DNA of 53,243 nt, the filler included, from Basidioascus undulatus (Eukaryota), in assembly GCA_000826855.1 (NCBI GenBank). It is 3 parts of 3 records of this genome, joined end to end, with 100 filler letters (N's around TTAATTAATTAA, not from the genome) between each part and the next. Parts side by side here need not be neighbours in the genome. Positions count along the whole stretch, not along the records: positions 17,789 to 35,466 come from JTLS01000512.1; positions 35,567 to 53,243 come from JTLS01000513.1; 1 more part is not named here. One strand, 5' to 3'. The first letter of the stretch is position 1. Every line of letters starts with the position of its first letter. Positions 25,101 through 38,500 of this stretch are shown piece by piece. Under the pieces are notes generated by a model. That model worked only from the letters and a program-made list of their open reading frames with translations, was not told the origin of the DNA and searched no databases. The translations under genes and the position numbers were made by a program.

Positions 25101-25154
25101 GCATATGCAAGACATGAATCTACGTTCTAATGCGACACCGGCAGGACCCATGTC

Positions 25155-26396
25155 TTACTGGTGGCCAATTCCGACATCGTAATCGTCGTGCAGGGTGATA
25201 TTGCGAGGAGAGAGGTGCAGACCCGCGCGAAGAACACAGGCGATAATATCAGGTTCGCTCTTCTCCAACCCAAAAGAGCGTGGCTGCACGACCCGCAGAC
25301 GTATGACTTCTACAGAGGCACGAGGCTGAGTTGCAAGCCACATGAGCGTCGTCCTTGTACGGTCGTGAACATCGGCCTCGTTACTAGGCACAGTGATGGT
25401 CATGCTGGCGATCGTGGATAGGAGAACGGTAGGAGTTGGGTCGAATCCAGGAGCTTTCACCGTACAGCGAGAGAACGTGGCGAAAGGCACTGTGAAACTG
25501 TTGGTATGACACTCTCGGCCTCGGTCTCAAGTATCAGGGCCTTTAGTGAGCGTGCCATCGAAGAGCAGAAGCTGCCCAGCGCGGCGGGGTCCGCGATGTG
25601 AAGTTCGAACTCGGTGGAACGCAAATTGGGGAAAGAGCAGCGAGCCAGGTAGTCGAGAGAGAGTTGTAACTCACAATCCTTCGAATAAGAGAGTGAGATG
25701 CTCTATTTGGGAGGTTTGAAGTGGTCCATCGTAGTAAATATGGCCTCCTCTTCGCGAAAATCACATCCCACCTCCATACGCGTGAGATGGACCAGCTTCT
25801 GCAGCATGGGAAAAGCAGCGGCAGCGATCGAGGCAGAGAGAGTGTTGAGGTTTGAAAAGTTGTGTCGAACGATCAAGTGCATTGCGAGGGGGCCGAGTGC
25901 TTGTCCCTCAACCAGTCGATCTCGATATCCTCAAGACGAGTGATGAACGAAAGCACTTGCGGGAGCGCGGTCGAGTCATGCCGTTATCGTCGTCTCCTCG
26001 TTCGTGGGGGTCGTTTATGCGTAAGCGATGGGTGCCCTGAGCTGTTTGACGATCGTTTAGATCAAGCTCGATTAGGTGAGACGCTGAGCGTTTGATTGCC
26101 TTGAAATACGGGATGAGAACGTGATGGTAACGGAGCGGCTCAGAAACCGCCTGAGACCGGCCCACGTTGATCAGCGGCAGCCAGAGGAAATTCAAGATGA
26201 CAGTGATACCGCACCTCCCACGTCCTACAGACCAGTGCAACAGATTGTCGAACAGCAGGCACAACCTGAACGCGCCCATCGTTCTGCGAGTCCGCGAGCG
26301 CGTAGCCGAAAATGCGCGAAAGTATCTCGTCCTGGGCAAGTTCGATAGCGCTAGATACTGGAATAAGTTGAAAACACGTTTGCATACAGGTCGCAT
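25155..26396 (-). pseudogene. F-box-like family member, frameshifted
   Basis: DEILSRIFGYAL...RQSVALVCRTWE, intron, AVSEPLRYHHVLIPYFKAIKRSASHLIELDLNDR; the rest is broken over several frames. Confidence 0.65.
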
Positions 26397-27252
26397 GGCA
26401 GTAGTGAAGGCCGCGGTCGCTCACTGAAGAGAAGGTGGGAGAGAGAGAGGAGAGGGACGAGGGCAGGAGGAGCCGAGCGCGATGGCCGCGAAACATGGAA
26501 AAACGCTCAACGTGTTTCGCAAATTCCACCAATGCAGTTTTCTCTGCGTCGACCGGGTGTATGACTACTGGCCATTTGTGACCAACAACACCCCAAAGAA
26601 TCAGCAAGTCATATTAAGAATTTATCTCGCTGACGTTCATTGTCAGTTAGCGAGTCTACCGAAGCAGACGTTGCCAGGTGACGCCAGATGCTGCTTGCCA
26701 CCATGCCCACTATCGACCACACAACTTGAAAAATAACGAAAAACAACATTATCCAGAAAGTTAATAGTCACTCACCCTCGGGCAGCCTGCAAGTTGCGCA
26801 AACCGTTTACATGGCGGGGAACGTTGTTCGCACAGCCGTACTGCCCCAGCGTGTACGTAGTGTCTAGGTCTGGCAAGGCTTTGACTGATAAATTACAGGT
26901 TGGGCATTATATACTCCCGAAAATGTGTCCGAGAACGTTGTATGGCGGGTTGTTTGCCCTGTTCAGGATGGGAGGAAGAAGAAGAAGAACCCGAGATGAC
27001 CCGGTCTGTCTACCAGGCCTGCATCCACACGTGTTGTTGCGCTAGTTCCTCTTCTTAAAGTGGCATAAGTTTGCCCAAAAAATCCAGGCAAAGCCTGGCC
27101 TGCAGCTTCCCCGAGGCTGACCGTTAGGCCTGCTTGGTGGCGCGAGCTTTCGACTTTCAGCCTGCGCAACCGTTTTCATGCGCTGACTTAGACCACTTTA
27201 TTCACCGCTTTCAAGAGGTGGTACTCTAGGTGCGTACAATGCAAGAGACGCG

Positions 27253-28400
27253 TCATCCAGCAACGTTATGCCTCTCCTCTAAAGCTTCAAAACGCAGTAT
27301 CATCCCCACCAAGTTCGGCTCGCTATTCTCCCAATCGAAAGGCGGCGTCCCATGAAGCCTGACTGAGCGAAGCGACTCAGGCGGAAGGTCAGATGGGTAT
27401 GTTAACGCATCATGCGTTTTGCGGCTAACGTTGAAAATATCGTCGTACGGCAGGGTGATTGTGCTATCAAGGGCGGAGCCGGCGCTTTGCGCCATTCAGT
27501 GAATTTCATGTTGAAACATGTCGCAGCTTGCACCACAGTGTAATGGTCGATGTGAAACGTGGCGCGCTGCAGTGTGCCTGCTACCGATGAGCGAAGTTGG
27601 CGAAGGCCGGGGCGTCTGAGCTGGAAAGGTGAACATCGATGCAGCGAAGCTGTGGGAAGGAAGATAAAAAAAAAGATCGAGGAAACCGCGGCGAAGCCGG
27701 GGTCATCGCCCACGCCATCCTCATAGAGTAGCTTGTAAGCGCTTCCAATCTGTTAAGCATCGAGAACGCCGACGATGAAATTGACGCGGATAAGCGACCG
27801 AGGGTCGAAGGCGCGCTGCGAACCAGCGAATGCATCGTTATGGGACGTATGATTAAATCAGTCTTGAGCTTGAGCCTCTCGAGGCGAGTGGTGAACGGTA
27901 GGTCGAATTGATCGAGTTCGCTTGCTCCTCACCATCCTGGACGATGCACTCGTGCTGAAATTGAATGAGCGACAGCTCGCGTACGGCGTAAGCTGGTCGA
28001 ACGACCGTTCAGGTCGAGTGCGCTGAGGTGCGAAGCAAAGAGTTCCAGGCTTCGTAAGCCATAGAGGTGAACTTGGCGGTACCGGACCGGTTCAGACAAA
28101 GCCTTTGCGGATATACGCGATGCGGCCAGGCGCGCTCGCATTATCAGAACTTGGAAGCAGTGCCAAGAGAGATTGTCGCCTGCTCACCTTCCATTTCTTC
28201 CAGACGAGCGCGACTGCTTGCGCGGCCTGCTGCGTCGAACCGTACCAACCACCGCTGTTGCTGAAGTCTTCGGAAGCGAGTTCGAAGACGCGTAGCAGCA
28301 TGTCGTCTGGGACCTGGCTTGTCGGAACTGGAGCACAGCACGGAAAACGTCACAGGTGAGCTTGTGGGGGTTATTTGTTCGCAGATACGACACTCACTGG
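27253..28400 (-). pseudogene. F-box-like family member with stops and frameshifts
   Basis: QVPDDMLLRVFELAS...AQAVALVWKKWK, intron, ALSEPVRYRQVHLYGLRSLELFASHLSALDLNGR; in-frame stop at 27929 and fragmented downstream frames. Confidence 0.65.
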
Positions 28401-28614
28401 CATTCTGATGGCTGAGATTGGGACAGAGAAGGAAGACACGATAGGGCGAGAAAGGCTAGTGTTGTTAGAAGAGGTGCACAAAAGGGGACCTTGCAATCCA
28501 TTGCAAGTTCGGGTGCTGCAAGGTTCGGGAGTCTGTACCCTTCACATCGAAAGCCAGTTATCCCCGCACAAGGCAAATGCTAGTTGCATTGGGTAAATGC
28601 GGCACGATGCGAAG

Positions 28615-31368
28615 CTATACATGTACGCTCAGCTTGTGCGCCGTGAGGCTGTCAACGTAGTCCTGTCCGGCATCCCCGCGCTGGTCAGCCGTGGTTCTCC
28701 TCGCAGTCCCAAAGGTCCTCAAAAGACCCACCCGCATCCACTGTTCCCTTTGCTCAGGGATATGGTCCAAGATCCTATACCGCTTGTCGTGCTGTCCGTC
28801 CGCGCCGACCAGTCAGTCAGTCAGCTCCGGCAGGGAGAAAGAGCGGGTGGGTACTGGCGTACCCTCAGAACGGCGTGCATCTCCTTCAAGTCGATCTGCT
28901 TCGCCAGGGCAGTCACGTCTGCCGTCCCGCCGCCGTGCTCGCCTTCGCCCTCCTCCTCGTCGTCCTCATCGCCCGCGACGATCTTCGCGGTGTCCTTATC
29001 GAACGTCTGCTTCTTGAGCCTGCCCCAATAATCGACAAAGCTGCCACCGACCGCCCCATCAGCACGCCGCAGTGCACACCCCCACCTCGCCTCGGAAGAA
29101 ATGAACGCACCTGGACTCAGCCATGAGCTGCTCGAACTCGTCCTTGGCCGTGCGCGTGCGCTGGGCAATCCAGTCCTTATACAAGCGCTCCACCTCCCCT
29201 TTGCGCGCGTCCAGCGCCTTGATCGCCTGATTGTCCTCGATCTTGGACCAGAGCTCCGCGAACGGGGTCGCGAGCGAGGGCGCCGCGGCGGCGAAGACGG
29301 CGTGCGCGGCATTGAGTCGCTTGGACCGCAGCGTGGACATGTGCGACTGGAAGAGCCGGTGCTTGTCCGCGCTTGAGAGCGCTGGGTGCGCGAAGCGCGG
29401 GTCGGCGGAGATGATGGGCTGGACAGAGTCCCAGTCGGCCTGAATGCGATCCACCACCCCATACTCATGTTAGCAATGCATTTGTGTGCGGGAAAGAGAA
29501 CCGGCGAAAATGACCTACCCGGTGATCCCGCACCCCATCAATAAGCAGTGTCATGAACTCCCTCTCTCCCTCCTCGCGTCCGAGCCCGCGCCGACTGCGG
29601 CTCATCTCCCGCTCGACGCGCTCACGGTCGCGCCGGACCTGCTCCTCGCGCGCACGCAGGCTCGCCTGAGCCTTTTCGGCCCGCTGCGCCTTCTTGCGCG
29701 CTGCCTCGGCTTCGGCGTCCTCCGCCTTGGCCGATGAAGGGGCGGTGGAGGCTGATGAGAGGTCGGAGAGCGAGGAGCGGTAGGACTTGAAGAGCGCTTC
29801 GCGCGTGGAGGAGGACCCGACGGCGATGTAGGCCGGCGTAGAGGAGATGAGAGGCTTGATCTGTGGGTGGAAAGCGGGTTCAGCATCTGCAGGTGATGGT
29901 GGTAGAAATGCAGTGGCGAGAAAGACACCCACGTCGGCCCATTCAGAATCTGGTTGAATTGAGGGCGTGTCCTTCAACAACGCAGTGAAGTCCTCCCCCG
30001 CCTTCTTCGCGTCCGCGCGCTTGACTGTCCCAACCGAAGTATATCAGCATTCCGTCCCCACCAGAAGCTCCTCCACGCCCGCGCGACTCACTCTCCCCCA
30101 GTTCCCTCAACCACTGCTTGAACGCCTTCTCCCTCTCGCGGTCGTCCCGGCCCCACCCAAAGAAGCGGCGGTCCTTCCTCCAAGCGCGCCGGAACTCGTC
30201 CCAGCGCGTGCGCGTGCTGCGCACCTCGGCACGGAGGAGCTCGCGGAACGCCGCGGCGGGGTCGACGATCGACGCGGCGGAGGGACGGACGCGCCCCGCG
30301 GTGCGGCAGTACTCGTCGAACGCGTCTTGTCGGTCCTTGGTCGTGCGGAGAGCGGCGTAGCGCGGGTCTGCGATGAAGAGCGGTAGGGCGGCGTCCCAGG
30401 GGAGGAGCGGGGAGATGGACTTTTCGGTGAGCATCGTCTGTCAATGAGCGAGGAGACGTGAGCGTGAGGCTGGGGGGCTAGAGGTTGCGAAGGGGATTGT
30501 GGAGACGCACCTTGAAGAGAGCTTTAGCTTCCTCGAGGGAGAGCTCGACAGTGGGGTGCTGCGCGGCCTGGGCAGCCTTCTCCTCCAGCAACCTGATGCG
30601 CTCCTTCTCCTCCTCCTCCTTCCTGCGCTCCTCCTCCTCCTCCGCCGTGCGCTCCAGCCGCTCCCGCTCCTCCTCCTCTGCCATCTCCTTGGCGGCCGCC
30701 TCCGCCCACGCGCGCTCCTCCTCGTCCTCGTCCTCCACGCGGCTCTTCTTCGCCTCCGGCTCGCCCGTCCCGTCTTCCTCCTCCGCCCCCTTCACCTGCA
30801 TCCCCTCCACCGCGGCCAGGTCCGCGACGTCCTCCTCCTCAGCGCGCTTGCGCTTGCGCTCCGCCTCGTGCTCCGCCTCGTCGAGCGCGGCGATGGCGTC
30901 CGCGATCTCGGGCGGGACGGTCCACACGCTCTGCTTCGTCTCGGTGTTGGTGTAAAACGTGTTGTCCTCGCTCGTCAGTACGCGGATCCACGGCGTGTCC
31001 GGGATCGGCGTCTTCTTCAAGGGCTTCTCCTTCTTCTTCTTCTTCTCCTTCTTCCCAGGAGCGGCGGGCGCGGGAGTTGCGGCGGCGGCAGGTACGGGGG
31101 GGATACCGAGGACGCCGAGGGGAGGGAAGACGGGGAGGGGACGGGTGTAGGTCGACTGTTTGGTGGCCGCATTGTAGTAGTATGGCTGTCCGGAAGGAGC
31201 TGCAGGCGATACTCAGTGGGATCAGCATGCTTCAGCGGCGCAGCGAAGGAGGGTGCACGCTACGAACGCACCCTCGTGCTCAGTCCAGCCGGGCGGCAGC
31301 GCCGGCGGGCCTAGGAAAGCAGGCGGCGGGAAGCTCGGGGGACCGGGAGGAGGTGGGACGCCAGCCAT
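28615..31368 (-). CDS. WW- and FF-domain transcription/splicing factor (TCERG1/CA150, Urn1/Dre4-like)
   Basis: WW: LPPGWTEH/APSGQPYYYNAATKQSTYTRP and PIPDTPWIRVLTSEDNTFYTNTETKQSVWTVP; FF repeats: AKALFK/MLTEKSISPLLPWDAALPLFIADPRY, TRWDEFRRAWRKDRRF; ends LSVHV* (TAG 28615-28617). Confidence 0.9.
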
Positions 31369-31606
31369 AAGGAGTGATGAGGATGAGCCGTCGGGCAGCG
31401 AGCAAGGCAGTCGCGGTGGAGAGGCAAGGGACGCGACCGAACAGCCGAGAAACCGATATTAGGCAAGCCTAGCGCGCCTTGAAAGGCGTGCTTTCTTGCG
31501 CCCATGTCCTCGCTCGCACTCTTGTACCGCTTGACTGACCAAGGCTACTTATTTTCGCTGGAGATTTCCTCACGAAAGTCACTCTGAATCACATTCTCGA
31601 TCGAGC

Positions 31607-33166
31607 ATGGCTCTCCCGACCGTCCTCCCCACTCGACTGTCACTCTCGACCGGCACTTTCGAGGATACCGCGTCGAAGCGCTCTCGAGCCTGGACCATCA
31701 TCCAACAGCACCCTTTCACTCACCAAGTCCGTCGTATCTGACCACTATCTATAGCTTTACTGCTTGACTGACGCGTCTTCTCCGAGCAGGTCGACATCCT
31801 CCTCGCCTACCCGTCTTCCTCCCCCGCCCCGGACCTCTCCCAGCTCGAGAGGCTGCAGCCGACCTACTATCGCGCTCAGCTCCCTCTGTCAAAGCTGCTT
31901 GATGTTGAGTTCAGGAAGACCTACATCGAATCAGGTCAGCCAGCGCGGTTCTTGTCCTTCGCAGGACTTGGGTCTGACAGATTTGCTTGGGCGCACAGGC
32001 AGTCTCGTTGCGCTGAGCATAGGTCAACTGAAGCAGGACGACATTTGGTGTTTGCCAGCAAATGGTACTCCGTTTGACATGCACGGGTTTTCCTGATGCT
32101 GATGCCTTCCACAGGCACCCTCCGCCTCGCCCTCGCGCAGGACACGTACCAGACGCTTGGCCTGCCCGGGAAGCCCAGCAAGGCCGGACCGAAAGGATCT
32201 CGGTTCTGTGCGCCTTTTCCCTCACATACGATTTTAGCCCCGCATAATTCTCATACGGCATCAACCAGACGTCGACATCGACCTCCGCTCGCCGACCCTC
32301 AAGTCGGACAGCAAAGCCTACGCCCGGCTCTCCGCCGCCTTTGAGCGGTTCGACAGCACGCACCAGCACCTATCTGTCCTGCTCTCCTACTACTCCGCAC
32401 CAGGTACCTTCCACTTTCTTTATTCCATTTTCTCCTTCTTTTACACCCCCCGCCTCTCAGGTCAAACCGCCCCCCTCCCGCTCTCGTCTCCCGCCCGCAC
32501 AATCTCCCCCTCCACCCACACGGACCCCTCCATCCTCGTGCCTTTCGCCCCGCCCACACTCTTCTCCGATCCCACGCCGAACGTCGCAGACAGTGAGGAA
32601 TGGGACGCCCAGGCGGAGGAGCTCCTTGAGTGGGCGGCACTCGCTGCGCTGGGGAGTCCGCGGTGCGTCTTCTTCTGACGCCTTTGTGGATTTCCCTTTG
32701 AGACTAAAGGGAATCGAACCTTTAACAGGGTGAAAGTGCAAGACTCTCCGGATGCCCTTATCTCTACCTACGCCGTCCCCGAGCCGCACGCGGAAAGTAC
32801 GCTCCTCCGCCTCCGCTGGCGTGGGTTCCTGCACCATCTGTTCGTGCGCGAACTGCTCGAGACGCTCCGGTCCGTCTCATCCCCCCCCCCTCATTCACCT
32901 TCCTGAACCCTCAACCCAACAGCGCTCTCCCCCTCCCCTCCGCGCCGACCCACCTCTCCTTGACCGCTACCGGCTTCTCCGACACGCCCCTCGCCTGGCT
33001 GCCCGCGTCCGGCCCTGCCACCGCACGGGAACATGCAGGCGGGGAGAACGCGCTTGTGACTGTCCTGGGAGGCGAGGGGAACGAGGGGAGGGAGAGATGG
33101 TTGCTTGCGGAGGTGGAGAGAGCCGAGGAGGTCTGGGAAAGGAAGGTGAATGTGGGGATGCGGTGA
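31607..33166 (+). CDS. RPP40: Ribonuclease P/MRP 40 kDa subunit-like protein
   Basis: IIQQHPFTHQ/VDILL; YYRAQLPLSKLLDVEFRKTYIESG/SLVALS; GTLRLALAQDTYQTLGLPGKP; ELLEWAALAALGSPR; DAFISTY-like segment; LRWRGFL; LTATGFSDTPLAW. Confidence 0.8.
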
Positions 33167-33389
33167 CATACAGAGCTCTGGAAAGCATGACAGGGATATT
33201 GCGGCTTCTATGGTGTGTTTCGCGTCATTGAGACGGCAGCTGCCAACCTGTTGCCGGATGTCGTTTTTTGGCGTTCACAACGAGGTTAGAACGCGGACGC
33301 GTCCTTCCGACTGTTCGCGTCTTCCTCGCATTCCTTTCTTCCATCAACTCCAGTCGGACCGTGATTGTCCATTGCTATGTCTCTCAAAT

Positions 33390-34475
33390 TCTACAGCAAT
33401 ACCCGCCGCAAGCCGCGTCCCAAACGAGGTGTGGACGCGCATCTTCGCCGCGGCGTTCGGGAAGGAATACTGGCACAACGACGGACGCGCGACCGACCAC
33501 CCGAACATGGCGCAGTCGGTAGCGCTGGTGTGCAAGAAATGGGAGCGCGCCGGCATACGTCCTGAGGTCCCCATAGAGGCTGTTGATCGGAGGCTTGAGC
33601 ATCCCACACAGGCCGTCTCCGAACCGTACCGCTATCAAGGCATCTACATTCGCTCTCTCGCCGATATCAGAAACCTCGCATCGCACCTGATCGCGCTCAA
33701 CCTCACGGGGCGTCACCCGGGCGGCACATCACTTCATCCGAATCAAGACGGACGAGGTCGGGGACGAGACGGATGGGCTGGACGCTCGTGCGCCTGGAGC
33801 TCTCATGCGAGTACGGCGAGCAGGAGGGGGCCCTGTTATTGGAGCCGGACGCCGTCGTTTTCTCGCGTCTACACCATCTCCGGCGCAGCTAAGACTTCCG
33901 AGCTCGCGCTCTTCGCCGACTATCTCTGTCGCTGCTCGTTCCCTGCTCTGCGTCAACTCGTTCTCGTCGCTTACGAGATCGATCTCTTCGTCTTCCGGAG
34001 ATTCCTCTTGTGCATCTTAGAGACCTTTTCAATGTGGACCATCGACGACATCGACGCCGTCCTCGCCGGCGTCGAGGAGTGCCCAAAGCTCAAGCACCCC
34101 ACGATCAAGTCGGGCCCGCCCGACCCAGCGTCCCTCGTCCCCGCCCTGCCCGCCTCGCTCGTAGAGCTTTCGATCTTCATGCCCACACCAGACGTTGCCT
34201 CGGAGGAAGTCGTGGATGCCGTCCACGCACGAACAAGACACACTGCTCGAGCTCACGCGCGCTCCTCCCTGCGCGCTGCGCTCCGTCCGCCTCTGCAGCA
34301 AGGCCGCCCGCGTCCTTCTACTTCGAGTCGAGTGCCCAGAGGTCGTCGCTTGGGCTGTCACTGCCGCGCTCCTCCAAAAAGGGCGTTGCCCTGTCGGACG
34401 ACGCGTCGGTTGCAGTTGTGGGGAGCACTAGGCAGAGGGCTACGGGGTTGTCATGATCCGTGTATTCTTTGTTAG
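33390..34475 (+). pseudogene. F-box-like family member with internal frameshifts hidden inside a 441-aa ORF
   Basis: RVPNEVWTRIFAAAF...AQSVALVCKKWE, intron, AVSEPYRYQGIYIRSLADIRNLASHLIALNLTGR; similarity to the 26-kb paralogue continues in other frames (HFIRIKTDEVGDETDG; TLVRLELSCEYGEQE). Confidence 0.6.
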
Positions 34476-34923
34476 AGCCATCGCAATGTACAATGTGTTG
34501 TGTTGGTTCATCTTGTATTGACCTGTTCACGCTTCTGCTGGGCACCGGCTTGCCGACTTCATCGCTTCGCCAGTTCGCAAATTTCTGGACGGACAAACGT
34601 ACTCTCGCAGGCCTCGCCCAGGGCTCTGTTGCCGAAGACCTATTCTGTATGAGAACTACCTTGTTTTTGAGGTGCAGGCTGCTTTCAAAAGTGGGCCAAA
34701 GCCTGGTAAAATCGGCAGTCCTCGTTTGTATTGCGCCTCACGACCGCGAGCACCGGCCGGCGTGACGTCGCGCGACCCCGGTCCAGCCAAGTCGAGCTCC
34801 TGACAGGTTACTGCGCGTCTTGGGAGCGCAACAACACCTTCACATCCACCACACCCATCCGCCTTACGCAGCTGGTCCCGCTTTATTCCCTGATCGCCAG
34901 CGCGGGCCTTCCTTCCACCCGTC

Positions 34924-35466
34924 ATGGCGACCTCGAGCTCGCAGACGGTCGCGGAGCTGCGGCAGGCGGCGAGGGTCGAGCCGGCGCCATACCCGCTCAA
35001 GGCGTGGTACAACGCCTGCCTCGAGACGGTCAAGGCTGCAGAGCACGCAGAGTCGGCGGGGCACGACCGGGAGGCGTTTGTTCTTTGGTTACGAGCGGCA
35101 CAGTGAGTACGAGTCGCAGTGGAGATGGGACGGTGCGGTGCGGTGGGCAGCTGAGCTGACCGAGGGCGTGATGGTCGCACAGTGTGGCGGATCTGATGAA
35201 GAATCATGAGCAGCTGCCGCAGCTAAAGGCCAAGGGCGACGGCGCGCTGTATGCGACGATCAAGGGGTTTCTGACCGTGCGTGCTGGGCTCCAACCCGAC
35301 CTCCTCCCCCCAGTACCCCCCGCCGCCGAAGAGCTCATCCATCTGCGCATGTCCTTCCAGGCCAAAGTCGGGCTCATCGTCCGACGTGCTCAGGCGCTCG
35401 AAGACGTACTCAAGGCCGAGGAGGAGGCGGAGGCAGCAGGACTTGGGGTTCTGCGTTCTCATACTC
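34924..35466 (+). CDS. N-terminus of a protein with a USP8-dimerisation/MIT-like domain (Doa4/USP8- or AMSH-like deubiquitinase); truncated by the gap
   Basis: TVAELRQAARVE..YPLKAWYNACLETVKAAEHAESAGHDREAFVLWLRAAQ/VADLMKNH.. with GT-AG introns; no catalytic domain in the window. Confidence 0.6.
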
Positions 35467-35566
35467 NNNNNNNNNNNNNNNNNNNNNNNNNNNNNNNNNN
35501 NNNNNNNNNNTTAATTAATTAANNNNNNNNNNNNNNNNNNNNNNNNNNNNNNNNNNNNNNNNNNNN
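35467..35566. other. Artificial contig linker (44N + TTAATTAATTAA + 44N)
   Basis: Same structure as the first linker; unrelated truncated genes on either side. Confidence 0.97.
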
Positions 35567-38500
35567 CGAAGCGGCGCCGGCAGCGGACGGGTGAGGGCCT
35601 TCGTATCTCGTCTCTGTGAGAAGGGGATCTGACAGGGCGGACCTGCGCAGAGCGGCGACGACCGAGGAGCCCGAGGACGCGATCTCGGCCGGCCCCGCTG
35701 CGCAGCTGAACGCGCTCTTTGCGCGCCTGCCCGACCTCTCGAACCGCGCGATGATCGACCAGGCCGCGGTGGACTTTGCGTTCCTGAACTCGAAGGCGGC
35801 GCGGAAGCGCGCGGTCAAGGTGCGTTGGGGTCGGCCCTTCGCTCTGTCTTGTGGCGGCGTTGGACGCTGATGTGATGGGTTCCGTGGATACGCTAGACTC
35901 TCGGCTCTGTGCCTCGGAACCGCCCAGACGTCTTGCCGTACTACGCCCGCTTCACGGCGATCTTGAATCGGTACATGCCCGATATCGGAAAGGGGTTGAT
36001 CGAACTCGTCAGTCTTGTTTGTCTTCATGCTTTGTGGTTCTCATTGTCTGACCGCGGAGCACACACACAGCTCGACGACGAGTTCCGTTACCTCCAGCGC
36101 AAGAAGAACGTCGTAAAAGAACTCGCCGAGTCCCGCGCCAAGGTGCGTTACAGCTAACATCCCGCATTCCTTCTTGTCACCCGCAAGGCATGTGACGCAT
36201 CAAGCTTGTGCCAATCAGAACGCGCGCTTCTACTCCGAGCTCACAAAGTTCGGCGTCGCGCCGAGCCACTCCATCCTGCACTGCTACAAGGTCCTCCTCG
36301 ACGACTTCACCGGGCCCAACATCGACATGTTTGCCGTCCTGCTCGAGTCGTGCGGGCGGTATCTCCTCAGGACTGAGGAAACTAGCGAGCGCATGAAGAG
36401 CATGGTGCATCGTGGTGCTTTTCTCTCTCGTCCGTGTGTTGATAAGGTGTTGACGGTTTCTTCCGCAATGACAGCTCGACCTCATGAGGCGCAAGCAGGC
36501 CGTGCAGCATCTCGACCAGCGACAGCAGCTCATGCTCGAGAACGCGTTCTACCAGGCACGCGCGCTCTCCGGTTGGACATGGTAAACGGCGTGCTGACCT
36601 CGTTCTTGCGCCAGTGCAACCCGCCCGAGCGCGCCGCGCGTGAGGTTAAGGCGCGGCCGCCGATGGAGCTCTTCATCCGGCACCTGATCTACGACGTCCT
36701 GATGCGCAAGACGCTCGACAAGGTGTCGAAGCTTCTGCGCAAGCTGCACTGGGAGGACCCCGAGGTCGGTACCCCGCATCCCTTGCCGAAATTCAGATGG
36801 ATTGCTGACTGTTTGGTGTCCGCCGCCCAGGTTTTCCGGATCCTCATGAACGTGTTCACCAAAGTCTGGAAGGTCAAGTTTGGGAACATCTCGCTGCTCG
36901 CGATCCTCGTCTACGACATGCAGAAGTACCACCAAGACTTCGCGATCGGCGTCGTCGACAAGGTCCTGGACGACATCCGTACTGGCATGGAGGTGAGTTT
37001 CCGCGAAAAGACGGGAGCCGGATCAGACCGAGCACTTTGAGTTGACGAAACGCGAAACGCTCCCCTGACAGCGAAACATCTTCAAGTACAACCAGCGGCG
37101 CATCGCGGCTGTCAAGTACCTTGGCGAGCTCTACAACTACCGCGTCGTCGGGTCTGCACAAGTCTTCGACACGCTCTGGTCGCTCCTCACTTTCGGACAT
37201 CGTGCGTCTCTTGCGTCGTCTCTCCATCGCTCTAAATTGGCTGAAGATGACGTGGTCACACAGCCGACGGTCGCCCGCTTCCAGGTCAGAACTCGCCGCT
37301 CGACTCGGTCGACGACTTCTTCCGCGTTCGCCTCGTCTGCACCCTGCTCGACACGTGTGGCACTGTATTCGACCGCGGCAGCCATCGCAAGAAGCTCGAC
37401 AACTTCCTTACCTTCTTCCAGGTGCGACTTGCGCAGTCGTCTTTGAATCTAGGCGGTCGCTAACGCGTGTCGACGGCTTGCAGATGTACATCTTCACCAA
37501 GACCCCTATGCCCATGGACGTTGACTTCATGGTAACGGACACGCTCGAGGTACGGCTCATAGCACCGCATGCTTCAGATCACCGAGACTAACAGCTGATG
37601 AATATCGGGACTGCAGCAACTGCGCCCCAAGCTCGTCATGTTTAAGTCGTTCGAGGAGGCCGCAGCTGCGGTGGATGAGTTGCTGGCCGTCAACATCCAA
37701 GGTGCGTGTAGTGGCGATTGGCGGTGGTCCTTGGCAGAAACTGAGCTATGTGAGCTCTGCAGCCGCGCCTGAGGCCGAAGCAGAGGAGAGCGAATCGGAC
37801 GGAGAAAGCGACGCCGAAGCGGAGCCCGAGCACGCGACCACCGGTCTGCCGGCTGAAGGCGAAGACGTGGAGGTGGATGGCGAGGGCGAAGGCGAGGGCG
37901 AGTCGGAATCGGACGACTCCGACGATGTGCGCTGCGCTGCGTTTCATGGTCTTTTCCCGAACGCTTCAGCTGACTTCATCTCGATGCACAGGATGAGTCG
38001 GACTCGGACGTGAGCAGCTCGACGGACTCGGAAGAAGAGGACGAAGAAGTGGTCGTACTCCGCGAGAAGCAGGCCGCGCTCTCGCGCGAGGAGGAGGACG
38101 AGTTTGCGCGTGAGCTCGCAAAGATGGTGACCGACGCGTCCGACAGCCGGCGCGTCGAGCGCCGTGCCGCGCCACTCTTCGACCTCAGCCTGCCCATCAT
38201 GAAGCGTCAGCACGGGCGCGGCGGTGACGAGCGCGAGGACGGCGCGGGCGATGACGCGCAGCACATGAAGTTCACGCTGCTCACCAAGAAGGGGAACAAG
38301 CAGCAGGTGCGTTTCAATTGGCCCGCGGTTGTTGAGGGGGTTGGTGGAGATGCTGAGGTTGGCGTGTGGTGACGGAACAGACGCGGACGGTCGACGTTCC
38401 GGTCGAGTCGGCGCTCGCTGTCAACTCGCGCGCGCACGCGCTGCAGGACAAGCACGAGCAGGAGCAGCTCAAGAAGCTCGTGCTCGAGTTTGATCAGCGC

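Noticed and set aside
30499..31314. Long antisense ORFs over GC-rich genes (also 19689-20309 and 39723-40409)
   Set aside because: Shadow ORFs caused by high GC3 codon bias on the opposite coding strand.
33150..34475. 441-aa ORF read as an intact intronless gene
   Set aside because: It overlaps the RPP40 stop, reads through an intron, and similarity to paralogues moves between frames.
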